From a virus, in UHGV virus genome UHGV-1364441: 64,000 nt of DNA. One strand, given 5' to 3'. The position numbers were made by a program, and so were the translations under genes. The notes below the pieces were generated by a model. The model was not told the DNA's origin and did no database searches. It was given only the letters and a program-made list of their open reading frames with translations. Shown piece after piece: positions 9,863 through 19,806 of this stretch; positions within the stretch are counted from its first letter, which is position 1; each line of letters starts with the position of its first letter.

Positions 9863-10618
9863 ATGAACAGAGCGGAATTAACAGCAAAAGCCGTCAGCCT
9901 GATTGAGTCAGCGACACCTATTAGTCGTAGTTTGGCACAAGCCAATGAGATCACGGAGGCTGCTTATCACCTGACTCGCGACCAAAAGCGACTGTTGTTT
10001 ATTGTGGTGGGAAGACTTCGCTATGCTTCTAAGGATGGCGTTCTTGGTTCAGGTGCCTGTGAGTTGACGGTCAACGAATATGCAGAGATGTATAATTTGC
10101 CCTCTGCTGAAGCCAGCAAGGATATTCGTAAGGCCATTTCAGGGCTTAGCGAGAAGAAAGTTACGATATATAACCCTGATGAATCGACCGAATCAGAAGA
10201 CAGTTATGAGTCTTATCCTTGGATGATTAAGGATGCCTATTCACCACGGCGCGGGACTTACATTATTCATCTTAATCCATATCTCATGCCGTTTTTTACT
10301 CTGCTTGATAAGAGATTCACAAGGCTGAATTTTACCGAAGTATCTCGCCTTACAAATCCTTATTCTATGCGGCTTTATGAGTCCTTATGCCAGTACAGGA
10401 AGGATGATGGAAGCGGCTTTGCCATACTTGGCGTCGAATGGATGCGGGAGCGTTATGGGTTACCAAAAAGCTATCAGCGGTATGCCGAATTTAAGAGAAG
10501 TTTTTTAACGAAGGCTGTAGCAGAGATTGAAAAAAATACAAAAATGAAAATAGTCTTCTCAGAGGTGACGGAAGGCGGCAAAGTTACCAGGATAAAATTT
10601 ACCTATCAGCAGTCTTAA
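9863..10618 (+). CDS. repE: RepE/RepA-family (Rep_3) iteron-binding replication initiator
   Basis: Protein aligns along most of its length with F plasmid RepE as I recall it (TEAAY.L.RDQKR, AEASKDIR, YESxPW.IK, NPY.MRLYESLCQYRK.DGSG, LP.SYQR); start taken at MNRAEL (ORF track starts 9830). Confidence 0.9.
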   Translation: MNRAELTAKAVSLIESATPISRSLAQANEITEAAYHLTRDQKRLLFIVVGRLRYASKDGVLGSGACELTVNEYAEMYNLPSAEASKDIRKAISGLSEKKVTIYNPDESTESEDSYESYPWMIKDAYSPRRGTYIIHLNPYLMPFFTLLDKRFTRLNFTEVSRLTNPYSMRLYESLCQYRKDDGSGFAILGVEWMRERYGLPKSYQRYAEFKRSFLTKAVAEIEKNTKMKIVFSEVTEGGKVTRIKFTYQQS

Positions 10619-10912
10619 GGGCAATTTTTACACCCCTCTCAAGGTGTAGAATTTGCCCTTAACGATCGGCAATTGAGGGCAATTTTTACATCTTAATTGC
10701 ATGTATCTTGTTATTAGCAAGTTGTGTTTTTATATAACGTATTGATATGTAAGGACTATGTAAAAATCGCCCTCAACCAATATCGTGCGTATCGTGCATT
10801 CTTATTGCGCTTTTTTATTATCATTCACTGTGTTAACTGATTGATATTATTGAAATGTGTAAAGAATGCCTTCATTACAGATGAATTGATGATGTAAAAA
10901 ATGCCCTCAAAA
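10617..10912. repeat. downstream iteron cluster (inc-like), mixed orientation, interspersed with AT-rich DNA
   Basis: Copies at ~10617 (inverted), 10643, 10674 (inverted), 10759, 10893 of the same GTGTAnnAATTGCCCTCAA family. Confidence 0.7.
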
Positions 10913-10999
10913 TTGCGCTACCTTCCCTACCCGCTATCGTTGAGGGCGTGGGTGCTGACGGGAAATGAGCAACCCTCCAGCACACATAATTAAAGCTAT

Positions 11000-11707
11000 T
11001 CAGAATTTGATCACTCCACTCACAGCCCCCTTTAACGCACTTGTAGCCATGCCAGCGGCACCGTTGACCAAAGCAGAAACACCTGAGCCTGCGGATGTGT
11101 ATTTCTGGAAAGTGATTGGGTATGACAAGAACTCTGACACCTGATCACGTGAGCGTGTGATTTCCCCAAGTTGCGTAGGAAATACGCGCATTTCTTCTTC
11201 CAGTTCTTTTCCGCCGTCCTGAGTCACCCGGTAGACACGGATTTTCATCAGATATTCAGGAGGAAGGTTTATTGTTCCATCAGGATTTGTTACACGAGAA
11301 CGACGCTCTTTGAACCAGTCCATGATCTTGCCATCTTCGGTATCCCTCACGGTCATAGTGACCGGTCCGGCGCTAACATAGGTTGGCTTGCTGAATTCTA
11401 CGCTGCCGATCACCTTGCTTTCTGTCTCAATGTTTCCACTGCTGTAGGTGATATCCTTCACGAACATATCGAAGCCGTTCAGGCCATCCACTTCAACGGT
11501 CCACTGCCACCCCTGGGCGTAACGGATACGCATAGCGGCAGCAACAATATTTTTCCCGTAGGCAATATCGCTACTGTAATTCCCGCTTACCCCGCCGCCT
11601 GATATGGCTTTATCAAGAATGTCGCTAATGAGGTTGCTGGTGAATGATTTCGTGTTAAATGACAATGCGGTGGTCAACGTTCTACCAACGCTGCTGAAAA
11701 TACTCAC
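11000..11707 (-). CDS. hypothetical structural protein
   Basis: 235-aa ORF at the 3' end of a colinear minus-strand structural operon. Confidence 0.45.
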   Translation of the reverse strand: MSIFSSVGRTLTTALSFNTKSFTSNLISDILDKAISGGGVSGNYSSDIAYGKNIVAAAMRIRYAQGWQWTVEVDGLNGFDMFVKDITYSSGNIETESKVIGSVEFSKPTYVSAGPVTMTVRDTEDGKIMDWFKERRSRVTNPDGTINLPPEYLMKIRVYRVTQDGGKELEEEMRVFPTQLGEITRSRDQVSEFLSYPITFQKYTSAGSGVSALVNGAAGMATSALKGAVSGVIKF

Positions 11708-11722
11708 TCTGCGCCTCCAGCG

Positions 11723-12274
11723 TTAAAAAATGGTAGCCCCCGGAATAATGGCCCGGTTTGAGGACATTTTTTCCTCAATCTCCTGCACGCGGGCATATAG
11801 CGTGGCTTCATCGGGCAGATCGGAGTAGTCAAATTTCCCGTCGATGGACGCTCTACGCTGCCGGGCGACATTTCTTACATTGATAAGCGCCTCCAGATAT
11901 TCCTCCAGCATTCCAATGATTGCAGGAGGCACTTGCCATTCATCCAGCTCTCTGTCGCGTAGATTAACCAGATACAGCATTCGAAAAGGCCAGCGTTCTG
12001 AACCTGTTAGCTCTAATTCAATAAATCCGGATAATTCATCCGAATAGACCAACAAGCCGTTGTTGTCGGTAACATGAACCAGAGAGAGATAATCTTCTGG
12101 CAACGGGATTGCAGTACCACCAGCTTTTTCAAGTTTTAACGTTTTCACTACCCCTGCCCTGTCCTGATACGTGGTCAGAGCTTTGATCAGGAATGCTTTC
12201 AACGTTTCTTCTTCACGCACAAGCAGCGGATTAAATCGCTCTTTAACGCTTTCTAATAATTCAATTGGTGTCAT
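11723..12274 (-). CDS. hypothetical structural protein
   Basis: 183-aa ORF in structural operon. Confidence 0.45.
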   Translation of the reverse strand: MTPIELLESVKERFNPLLVREEETLKAFLIKALTTYQDRAGVVKTLKLEKAGGTAIPLPEDYLSLVHVTDNNGLLVYSDELSGFIELELTGSERWPFRMLYLVNLRDRELDEWQVPPAIIGMLEEYLEALINVRNVARQRRASIDGKFDYSDLPDEATLYARVQEIEEKMSSNRAIIPGATIF

Positions 12275-12328
12275 TGTTGCCTACAACTCAATAACAAGGA
12301 TGTTCCCGCCACAAGGGCGGGATAGGGA

Positions 12329-12820
12329 TTATTCCGCCCAGTTGTAAACAATGCGCAGGGAAGGTTTAACGACCGCCGTTACGTCTTCGGATGAGAAGTC
12401 CACGGCGTCGGAATACACTTTGCAATGAGAATATGTGCGGATCAGACCTTTATGGTTACCGCTATTCGATTCAGCCGCCGCCTGTAAGGTAATTTCCAGA
12501 TATTCTTTTCCGTATACCATCTGTTTTACAGCGGCGAGAACTGCGCCTTCGATAGTTTCCGCGCATGTGACCTGAAATTCACCAGAGTTGCGTAATGGTC
12601 CGTGCTGGTTGAATTTCATGCCACCGGGGGCGTAATCCTCCACATCTTCACGTGTCATTTCTGGTAACTGAGCTGTACGAACTAGTACAGACAGATGTTC
12701 GTAACCCTTAATGGTCATCCAATATTCAGAACCAATAAGTTTTTCGCCTGCAGCCAGGTTTTTATTAAACCGGGATTTTAGAAAGGCCATATCGGCTTTT
12801 GTATTTGCAAAACCGGACAT
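12329..12820 (-). CDS. hypothetical structural protein (tail tube candidate by size/position)
   Basis: 163-aa ORF downstream of sheath-like gene. Confidence 0.4.
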   Translation of the reverse strand: MSGFANTKADMAFLKSRFNKNLAAGEKLIGSEYWMTIKGYEHLSVLVRTAQLPEMTREDVEDYAPGGMKFNQHGPLRNSGEFQVTCAETIEGAVLAAVKQMVYGKEYLEITLQAAAESNSGNHKGLIRTYSHCKVYSDAVDFSSEDVTAVVKPSLRIVYNWAE

Positions 12821-12828
12821 AAATACTC

Positions 12829-13419
12829 CTACACAAAAACAGATGAGATATTGCTACGGTTGATCGATGTGTTACCGCTGCATTGCAGGGTTACCGTGTT
12901 ATGAGTGAAATAGCCTTCCGGTGTGCGCGGGGCGTCCAGTTGGTAACTCACGCTTTTGATAACAACGTCGGTAAGGGCTATGTTCCTACCTATGTTTAAC
13001 GTTACTGTCTCCGGGCGACGACCGAATGGCGCTACATTGTTCAGTTCCGGCGATTCCATCTTTAGCAATGCTGTAATGGCTGCGTTCACTTCAAGTTGCG
13101 CGTTCGTTGTCGCCATGAAATCAATTACCAGATTAAATTCAGGCGGTTGCTGACCTTCCCAAACAAGCATTGAGTTGAAGAGGGTTTTTGTTGTTACGCC
13201 GGTTGCGGTCTGAAGCGTATCTGCAAGAGAGCCAGCCGCAGCGCTAATACCACCAAGCAAACCTCCTACTGACTGGTTTTCAAATGGTGATTGCCACATT
13301 GATGACAGTTCTGCGGTAGATCCTTCACCGATATAACCGACGACCATATCCTCTGAAGAGAGGATATAAACCTTCATTAACGGACTTATTCCGTCAGGCA
13401 TTATCGCGCCGCAAATCAA
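12829..13419 (-). CDS. hypothetical structural protein
   Basis: 196-aa ORF in structural operon. Confidence 0.45.
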   Translation of the reverse strand: MICGAIMPDGISPLMKVYILSSEDMVVGYIGEGSTAELSSMWQSPFENQSVGGLLGGISAAAGSLADTLQTATGVTTKTLFNSMLVWEGQQPPEFNLVIDFMATTNAQLEVNAAITALLKMESPELNNVAPFGRRPETVTLNIGRNIALTDVVIKSVSYQLDAPRTPEGYFTHNTVTLQCSGNTSINRSNISSVFV

Positions 13420-13468
13420 ACGCTATTTCTCCCAGGTAGAGGCCACCTTTGCAGGCGGCCTATGTCAC

Positions 13469-14209
13469 TTACAAACCGCGTTTTTTGCGAATGCGCATTG
13501 ATTTTTTGCGGTTGATATTCGCTACGGATGTATGTGCTTTGCGGCGTGCTTTTTTCAGCGCCTGTTTTTGCAATGACGTCATGCGGCGAGGACGCGGGCG
13601 TTTACGGATGATGGTAACCTTGCCATCACGAACCACTTTTTTACGTACCGCTTCCAGCATTGCGCTATCACCACCAGCAACGGTGTAAATGGCAATAGCT
13701 GTTTCCATCATGTCGGTGTCGCTTTCGGAAAGAGCGTCATAAACACGTTCGGCAGCTGAGTCATCTTCATCGTCGATCATTTCGGTTACATCGTCCTGAT
13801 CAGCGCCAAGCGCAACAGCTGCATCAGCAAGAGCTGCGAGAGCATCGTTATAAGCATCGATTTGCTCATCGGTGAAATCGGTGTCTTCATCGATATCAGC
13901 CAGGCCAGCCATAGTGATTGCTAATGCATCAAATGAGTCAGCCTCCGGATCACCATCTTCAACCCAACCAGCAAGCATGGAAGCTGCCAGGCTGCGCATA
14001 TCACCTTGTGCTCGGGATTCAACTGCTTCCATCATCGCGGTTTCAATGTCGTCTTTGGGCTTTGGTTGAGTGTCCTTTCCTTTCTGTCCTGCGCTTTCCA
14101 GCATGGCGTTATCATTATTGTCCTGCGTGGATTTATCACCGCTTTCAAAGCAGCCAGAACCGAAAATCGCACGCATAAAAGGATCAGCAGTATAATTTTT
14201 CATATTCAA
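13469..14209 (-). CDS. strongly acidic protein with Lys/Arg-rich C-terminal tail
   Basis: 246 aa; long Asp/Glu-rich segment followed by RKRPRPRRMTSLQKQALKKARRKAHT...RKKRGL. Confidence 0.5.
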   Translation of the reverse strand: MNMKNYTADPFMRAIFGSGCFESGDKSTQDNNDNAMLESAGQKGKDTQPKPKDDIETAMMEAVESRAQGDMRSLAASMLAGWVEDGDPEADSFDALAITMAGLADIDEDTDFTDEQIDAYNDALAALADAAVALGADQDDVTEMIDDEDDSAAERVYDALSESDTDMMETAIAIYTVAGGDSAMLEAVRKKVVRDGKVTIIRKRPRPRRMTSLQKQALKKARRKAHTSVANINRKKSMRIRKKRGL

Positions 14210-14246
14210 ACCTCTCTCCCCCGCATCATTTAGCGGGGGTTATAAA

Positions 14247-15905
14247 TCAGCGCATCAGAATTGGCTTACCGACGATTCGGCGAGCTGTACCGGTCGGACA
14301 AACAGACCAGGACACCTCCCACAGATCGATGTCCTTTTGGACAACCTGAACAACATATGGATCTTCACCCTGGGACTTGTCACGTGGAGTAACCAGCGCA
14401 CCGGCTGCAACGTAACGGTCAAGCAATTCAGTCATTGCTTTCATTAGCGTTTCTTTGGTAATGCCATCCGGTTCGTGCTTAATCGCCTGAGCTACTTCAT
14501 AGAAATCTCTGGCGATGGCGTTCATCAAGGAAGACACATGCTGGAATCGCAGATAGTTGTTTTTGCTGTAAGTTGTTAAAGAGTCGTCAATGTAAACGGA
14601 CCCGTCAGCAGCAACTGAAACTGGATTAATGCGCGCAAGAACGAACGCTTCACGATCAACTGCACCGATATTTGGAATTCGGGCAATGTTCTGTCGATCA
14701 ATAATCGCGCGTGATATACCTGCCGGTGCGTAATGCCAACCACCAACATCCGGTACCAGCGCCACTCCTTTTGCCTTCGCTACGAATGCGTCGCAGCTAA
14801 TGCCATAGACGACATTCATTCCAGTGAAAGTATCTCGGCAGGAGAGCGGGAAGTAGTAACGGCTTGGTTGATGTGAGCCGCCAAAACTATGGCTTTTCGC
14901 TTCTGAAATAGCGTTTTCAGGTGTCTGGTTGCCCTTCAGGTCATAGAACATGTCTACGCGAACATCTTCAGCCAGCTTTTTGATTGCGGCTAAGGCGGAT
15001 GCGTCATAACAACCCAATGACAGCAATGCGGTGTAATTAACCTCTGAAGCTTCGAGAACCTTTAATGCTTCCAGATAGTCTGCAGCGTTAATTTCGGACA
15101 GATTTCCATCAGTACCACCTTCAAAAGCTACATCCTCAAAAATGAGTTGAGCAGCGGATGCTTCTGCATTATCTGCCAGTACGGCACCAATTCGAGTGGA
15201 CTGGCTTTCAAGCAGTGTCGGAATCCATGCTGGCTGGCCCATGTCGTTAGTGCCTTCTGGATTGAAAGACACCTGGTGGCTTTCCAGCACCTCAATGGAC
15301 CCATCGGTTTGTTTTTCTTTCAGCGTCAGCGTAAAGAGTTCGCTTTCTTCATCATCGCGAGTTAGTGATAACGTGCGATTTTGAGATGCATCACCATCTT
15401 TGATGAAGAATAATGCCTTCTCTTCACCTTTAATCTGGGGCGTCTCTTTGGGTGTGAAGGTCACTGATTGAGTCGTTGCAGTTGAAGCAACACCAACGCT
15501 TAATGTGTCACCTGGGTTTACTGTGGTTTCAGTAGGTTCAACGGAAAGTTCTTTGCTCGCCTTTGCCGCTTTTGCTTTGCCCACAACGGAAACAGAAATA
15601 CCCGGCACCTTCATGTCTTTAGCGCAAACTCGAACGACATATCCGGAGCCGCCTTTTACTGCGCGCTCCACGTGGCGATATGGTTCAAATGCCGCGCCCT
15701 GGCGAGGGTGAATCGGTGAACCTAATACGCTTTGATAAGTCGTATCGTCAACTTTCAGTACCTTACCCGGTGCGCCACGACGCGATATTACAAGCCCAGC
15801 AAAGACGGATGCGCCACCGCTGGTATTGGTGAGGGTAGCGTCAGCATTTACTGACATTACAGCAACGCCAGCTGCCTGCCCTACCGAAAAACTAATCTTA
15901 TTCAT
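14247..15905 (-). CDS. putative tail sheath protein
   Basis: 552-aa ORF adjacent to putative head gene, by analogy with P1 gene order 22 (sheath) - 23 (head); not confirmed by motif. Confidence 0.45.
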   Translation of the reverse strand: MNKISFSVGQAAGVAVMSVNADATLTNTSGGASVFAGLVISRRGAPGKVLKVDDTTYQSVLGSPIHPRQGAAFEPYRHVERAVKGGSGYVVRVCAKDMKVPGISVSVVGKAKAAKASKELSVEPTETTVNPGDTLSVGVASTATTQSVTFTPKETPQIKGEEKALFFIKDGDASQNRTLSLTRDDEESELFTLTLKEKQTDGSIEVLESHQVSFNPEGTNDMGQPAWIPTLLESQSTRIGAVLADNAEASAAQLIFEDVAFEGGTDGNLSEINAADYLEALKVLEASEVNYTALLSLGCYDASALAAIKKLAEDVRVDMFYDLKGNQTPENAISEAKSHSFGGSHQPSRYYFPLSCRDTFTGMNVVYGISCDAFVAKAKGVALVPDVGGWHYAPAGISRAIIDRQNIARIPNIGAVDREAFVLARINPVSVAADGSVYIDDSLTTYSKNNYLRFQHVSSLMNAIARDFYEVAQAIKHEPDGITKETLMKAMTELLDRYVAAGALVTPRDKSQGEDPYVVQVVQKDIDLWEVSWSVCPTGTARRIVGKPILMR

Positions 15906-15972
15906 GCTGGTTCTTATCCTCTAAAGCGAGAGAACGAGGCAAGGCTACCCACGGTTAATGGGCAGCCTCTGA

Positions 15973-16251
15973 TCAGGATTCGCTTACCGTGAAGTTGTCG
16001 CCTACGGTTACTTCTTTCGTAGTTGGTTCAACACTGACGGCGCTTACGCTTTTAGATGCCTCCCTAACAGTGACTGTGCACTGTGCGGTTTTATTGCCGT
16101 CATTTGTTTTGATTGTCAGCACTGCCTGCCCGGCCTTAAGAGCGGTACATGTAGTGCCATCAACCCGGACAATTTCAGGGTGATCTGACTCAACAGTGAA
16201 AGATTTGTCTGTTGCGTCAGATGGCGTGATAGTTACTTGAATGTTTGCCAT
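15973..16251 (-). CDS. Ig-like (Big_2-type) domain protein, possible decoration protein
   Basis: 92 aa; pattern TVTPSDATDKSFTVES...ALKAGQAVLTIKTNDGNKTAQCTVTV typical of bacterial Ig-like domain 2. Confidence 0.6.
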   Translation of the reverse strand: MANIQVTITPSDATDKSFTVESDHPEIVRVDGTTCTALKAGQAVLTIKTNDGNKTAQCTVTVREASKSVSAVSVEPTTKEVTVGDNFTVSES

Positions 16252-16397
16252 TTTTTCTCCTGAACGCCCCTTAATCAGGGGCGTGTTTTTGCCTTACTTC
16301 TGCTTTGTTTTTTTCTGTGCCTTTGAAGTGTTCGCGGCGATAGTTTCACCTTCATCTACGTCAAGTGACGTTGGTGATACCGACACGTTCGCCACCA

Positions 16398-18095
16398 TCA
16401 CTTTTTTTCGTTAACCTTGCCTGTCAGCATGTCGATAGCACCTTCTTTGGCACGAGTCAGACGCAGGCGGGCGAAATAATTCTCACCGTTGCGCGGGTGG
16501 ACTTCGTTGATAGCACTACCCCAGAGAGTGGTGCGGTTAACGAGAGATGGATTGGTTTCGTGCACATACGGGATTGCTGGGACCGCATCACCAGCGATCA
16601 GCCCGGCTTTACCGATGCCTTCACCGCGACCATAGAAATAAATGTCATCCAGACCTAAGTCATATCCCTGAGCCTTGAATTGCTCACACACAGGCTGCGG
16701 CACTTCGTAAATACGAATCGTGCCAAACAGGGTGCCGATGTACTGCACATACGGTGACTGAACGTAGCCCGGCGCGATTTGGAAGTGCTGTGGAGGCAAA
16801 GAACGCAGGAAGTTAGCTGCGTCACCACCTGCGAAGCCACCGCGAATACCTGTGGTCAGGGTGCGGTTTGCCATTTCCTGAGACAGGGCGTTTACTGCGT
16901 GGCGCAGGAGGCCGACCCAGGACTCATAGTTTTGAGCTTCAGGCAGAGCCACATCAAATTCACGACCATAAACGGTATGGAATACCAGGGTGCGCAGACG
17001 CATGATGTCGGTTTCATGGGAGATCCAGTTCCGCATTGCGGAGAACTGAAGTGCCGCCAATTCAAGGCCGTGTTCACGGCTTAAATCGGAAGCGGACATT
17101 ACGGTGTGTTCGGAAGCAATTACGTACTGAGACGGTCGAACTTCATACTTACGCATAGCCTGGTTGATTACCGGAATCAGGCTTGGATTGCGCTCGATGT
17201 TAATTTCGACCTGAACCGCAATTTCAGTCCCTTCTGCTGGCGCTTGAGTGAAGGTAATGTCGATGACACCAGTGTCATAAGCGACTTTTGCGGTAGCTGA
17301 GAATGCATTGCCTTTGCAGTCTTTATCATTGAAATAAAGGTTGCCATCGCCGTCGTCAACCTTGGACGGTTTGCGGTTGATAAGCAGCTTGTTATAACCA
17401 GCACGCAGCGGGCAGGACTGCCCCTCAAAATTTTGGATGTCGAACTGGAAAGTTTTGGTGCTGCCGTCCCCTTTCGTGGAAAGGGTATACAGGCGCTTCA
17501 TTTGAGAATAAACACCAGCGGATTGCATATTCAGTTCGTCACCTTGCTCGAAGGTGCCGAATTTTGTGCCTGCTACGTTGACCAGTTCATAAATATTTGA
17601 CTCATCACGATCACAAGGAACAAAAGTACAGGCATCACTGGTAGCAGCACCCAGAGAGGCAGGCAGAATTAGTGCAGCATATTGAGCAACTTTCATTACG
17701 CCGTCAGAGCTACGCATTGATTGCGCGACAGACTCAAACATTGCCTTGCCAGTGCCTACGTGTGTATCGCTGGCACATTCAGTCATCAGGCGTTCAAGTG
17801 CCATGTGTGCGTTTGCCAGGATATCGCTTGCCGGGTAGTGACCATGCTGGCGCTTGTACTCATGCAGAGACATAGCCCACCCACCAGCGATCTGACGTGC
17901 AACCTCTGGATTTACGCCTTCAAACATAGCCTCCTTCTGGATAGCTTTATCCAGGTTCTCCATCATCGCTGCCTGATCAGCAATCATATTGCCCGCAGCA
18001 TCGGTGGTCGGATCGACGGTCATAGCCATGACGCTTGCCGCCCGATTCATAATCTCGCGCTCGCGATCACGAGCTGGCTGAATGTTTTTATTCAC
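16398..18095 (-). CDS. putative major head (capsid) protein
   Basis: 565-aa ORF heading structural operon; assignment by size/position analogy to P1 gp23. Confidence 0.4.
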   Translation of the reverse strand: MNKNIQPARDREREIMNRAASVMAMTVDPTTDAAGNMIADQAAMMENLDKAIQKEAMFEGVNPEVARQIAGGWAMSLHEYKRQHGHYPASDILANAHMALERLMTECASDTHVGTGKAMFESVAQSMRSSDGVMKVAQYAALILPASLGAATSDACTFVPCDRDESNIYELVNVAGTKFGTFEQGDELNMQSAGVYSQMKRLYTLSTKGDGSTKTFQFDIQNFEGQSCPLRAGYNKLLINRKPSKVDDGDGNLYFNDKDCKGNAFSATAKVAYDTGVIDITFTQAPAEGTEIAVQVEINIERNPSLIPVINQAMRKYEVRPSQYVIASEHTVMSASDLSREHGLELAALQFSAMRNWISHETDIMRLRTLVFHTVYGREFDVALPEAQNYESWVGLLRHAVNALSQEMANRTLTTGIRGGFAGGDAANFLRSLPPQHFQIAPGYVQSPYVQYIGTLFGTIRIYEVPQPVCEQFKAQGYDLGLDDIYFYGRGEGIGKAGLIAGDAVPAIPYVHETNPSLVNRTTLWGSAINEVHPRNGENYFARLRLTRAKEGAIDMLTGKVNEKK

Positions 18096-18220
18096 GGTTA
18101 AGCCCTAAATTCGGGCGCGGCGTGAAGGTTCTTTTGACGCGCTAACAATACCAACTTTGTGATTTAGTCAATAGCATTAGTAAAATAAAATCTGTTAACA
18201 CACGTGTTGTTATGTGGTTT

Positions 18221-18240
18221 AATTTTAATTTTCTAACACA
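18221..18240. promoter_or_regulatory. operator-like motif (TGTTAGAAAATT family) overlapping promoter of 18254 gene
   Basis: aattttaattttctaacaca; same motif recurs in at least ten intergenic sites. Confidence 0.5.
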
Positions 18241-18253
18241 AATCATTACGGTT

Positions 18254-18646
18254 ATGGCGTATCGGATCTTTGTTTCGTATAAAAATGGCGCGAAAAGCCA
18301 CTCCCTGAACACAACGAGCCGCTTTCTTGTTGAGGCGCAACTGGCATCAATTCTTGCCGAAAGTGAGATACTCTCGCTCGCTGAACGGATCGTTATCCAG
18401 TTTTCTGGTAGAGATATACTCAATGTCCCCGCCCTCACCCCGGCCTCCGAAGTTATGGAATCAATTAAATGGCCTGTATGCGGATGTCCTGCCAGGGTTG
18501 AAGAGCCGGTAACAGCAACGCTCTACATGCCGAAAGCAGTAAGAGATTGGCTTGCTGTGATTGGCAACGGGAAAGTCAGTGCTGGACTGCGAAAGTTAAT
18601 TGAAATGGCAGATATTCCAGAGTTAAAAAACGCATGGCGACAATGA
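18254..18646 (+). CDS. hypothetical protein, operator-preceded
   Basis: ORF from MAYRIFVSY (ORF track starts 18212); operator motif immediately upstream. Confidence 0.45.
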   Translation: MAYRIFVSYKNGAKSHSLNTTSRFLVEAQLASILAESEILSLAERIVIQFSGRDILNVPALTPASEVMESIKWPVCGCPARVEEPVTATLYMPKAVRDWLAVIGNGKVSAGLRKLIEMADIPELKNAWRQ

Positions 18647-18665
18647 GTAAACAGGGGGGGGCAAA

Positions 18666-19124
18666 ATGAGTCACGCGAATCCATCAAAAACACAATATCG
18701 CTTAATGCTGGCGATCGCGTCAGCTATACCAACCAGCCTGAATCCCCCTGCTGGCTATCCCGCTGTTGTTGATGATTGTTTTCAGTATTACGGTGAAGAC
18801 ATTCTGGGACAGTCGAAAGCACTAAAACAGTTGTGCAAAGCCGGGATTCTTCACTGCATAGGCGATCCGGATGATTTTGTTGTCATGCTGGCAGATCGTG
18901 ACTCTTTTCTGCTGTCCTGGAAAGCCGGGGCGCGCGAAGCGCGTTTGGGGAATGGCATTGGCTACATAGACTATAGCGATTGCCCGCTGGCATTTGCTGG
19001 TGGATATATGCATTGGCATGAGCGAAATAGAGGCCGTCAGCGTCAGTATCGCTTGAGTGACTTTAACGTCTGTCACGGTTTCGAAGAAGCTGACAGCCAG
19101 GATATCTGGCTTCAGGAGCCGTGA
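18666..19124 (+). CDS. hypothetical protein
   Basis: 152-aa ORF following 18254 gene. Confidence 0.45.
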   Translation: MSHANPSKTQYRLMLAIASAIPTSLNPPAGYPAVVDDCFQYYGEDILGQSKALKQLCKAGILHCIGDPDDFVVMLADRDSFLLSWKAGAREARLGNGIGYIDYSDCPLAFAGGYMHWHERNRGRQRQYRLSDFNVCHGFEEADSQDIWLQEP

Positions 19125-19444
19125 TTACCCTTCCCTTCCCAAATCTCCCTATTCCTTTGGTTATTCAGTGCGTTTCGTTGGTTGCATTCATCGATCGTGC
19201 TGAATAACTGTTCAGTGTATGTTGGATACTTGTTTAACAGCACTGGCGTGTCCTCTGGCACCAGACAAGGGGAATAATCAATCAGATTTGCCTGCGGCTT
19301 GCTGGTGGCTTCTACGGTAATTTTCACTGGCACGCTGGTTGATGGCTTTTGCCCGTTCCCGCTGCATCCTGATAACGTCATCAGGCACACGCACATCGTT
19401 AATCCCAGCACGGCGTAACGCAGTTTCAAGACGAGTGATTTCAT
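19112..19444 (-). CDS. Rz1-like o-spanin lipoprotein (overlapped with Rz-like gene)
   Basis: Signal peptide with lipobox LSGC, Pro-rich mature part, starts inside the Rz-like gene in another frame. Confidence 0.55.
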   Translation of the reverse strand: MKSLVLKLRYAVLGLTMCVCLMTLSGCSGNGQKPSTSVPVKITVEATSKPQANLIDYSPCLVPEDTPVLLNKYPTYTEQLFSTIDECNQRNALNNQRNREIWEGKGNHGS

Positions 19445-19751
19445 TCTGGCTTTCCTCTCGTTGTTTGATTAGGTTGGCATTCAGTTCTGCTGTTTTGCGC
19501 TGGTACTCCTTTTCCAGTGCTTTAATTCTTTCGTTTTCGGTCAGCATGGCTGAGCGAGCGTTCTCACTTAACTGTAATGCGGTAGAAAGCGTGTTGTTCG
19601 TGCTTTCCAGTTGTGATTTTGAGTCTTCAAGCGATCGGACATACCTGATGTGTTCGATAACTGCCGTCGTTGTTCGGTAAATTCCAGAAATGGCTAAAAG
19701 CGCAATTACAATCAAAATTATCTTTTTCAAAACCATCCTCTCCAGGTTCAT
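19278..19751 (-). CDS. Rz-like i-spanin (lysis)
   Basis: N-terminal membrane anchor (KKIILIVIALLAISGIY), long coiled-coil region, overlapping +1-frame lipoprotein gene at its 3' end. Confidence 0.6.
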   Translation of the reverse strand: MNLERMVLKKIILIVIALLAISGIYRTTTAVIEHIRYVRSLEDSKSQLESTNNTLSTALQLSENARSAMLTENERIKALEKEYQRKTAELNANLIKQREESQNEITRLETALRRAGINDVRVPDDVIRMQRERAKAINQRASENYRRSHQQAAGKSD

Positions 19752-19806
19752 TTTTGGTGTTAAACATGTACCAATTTACATCCTTTTGTGTGCCTAAGTG
19801 GTGTTT

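Noticed and set aside
9570-10912. Iteron arrays or parC repeats as a CRISPR array
   Set aside because: Repeats are 19-20 bp with irregular spacing and mixed orientation flanking a rep gene, or 11 bp directly tandem; no regular spacers and no cas genes
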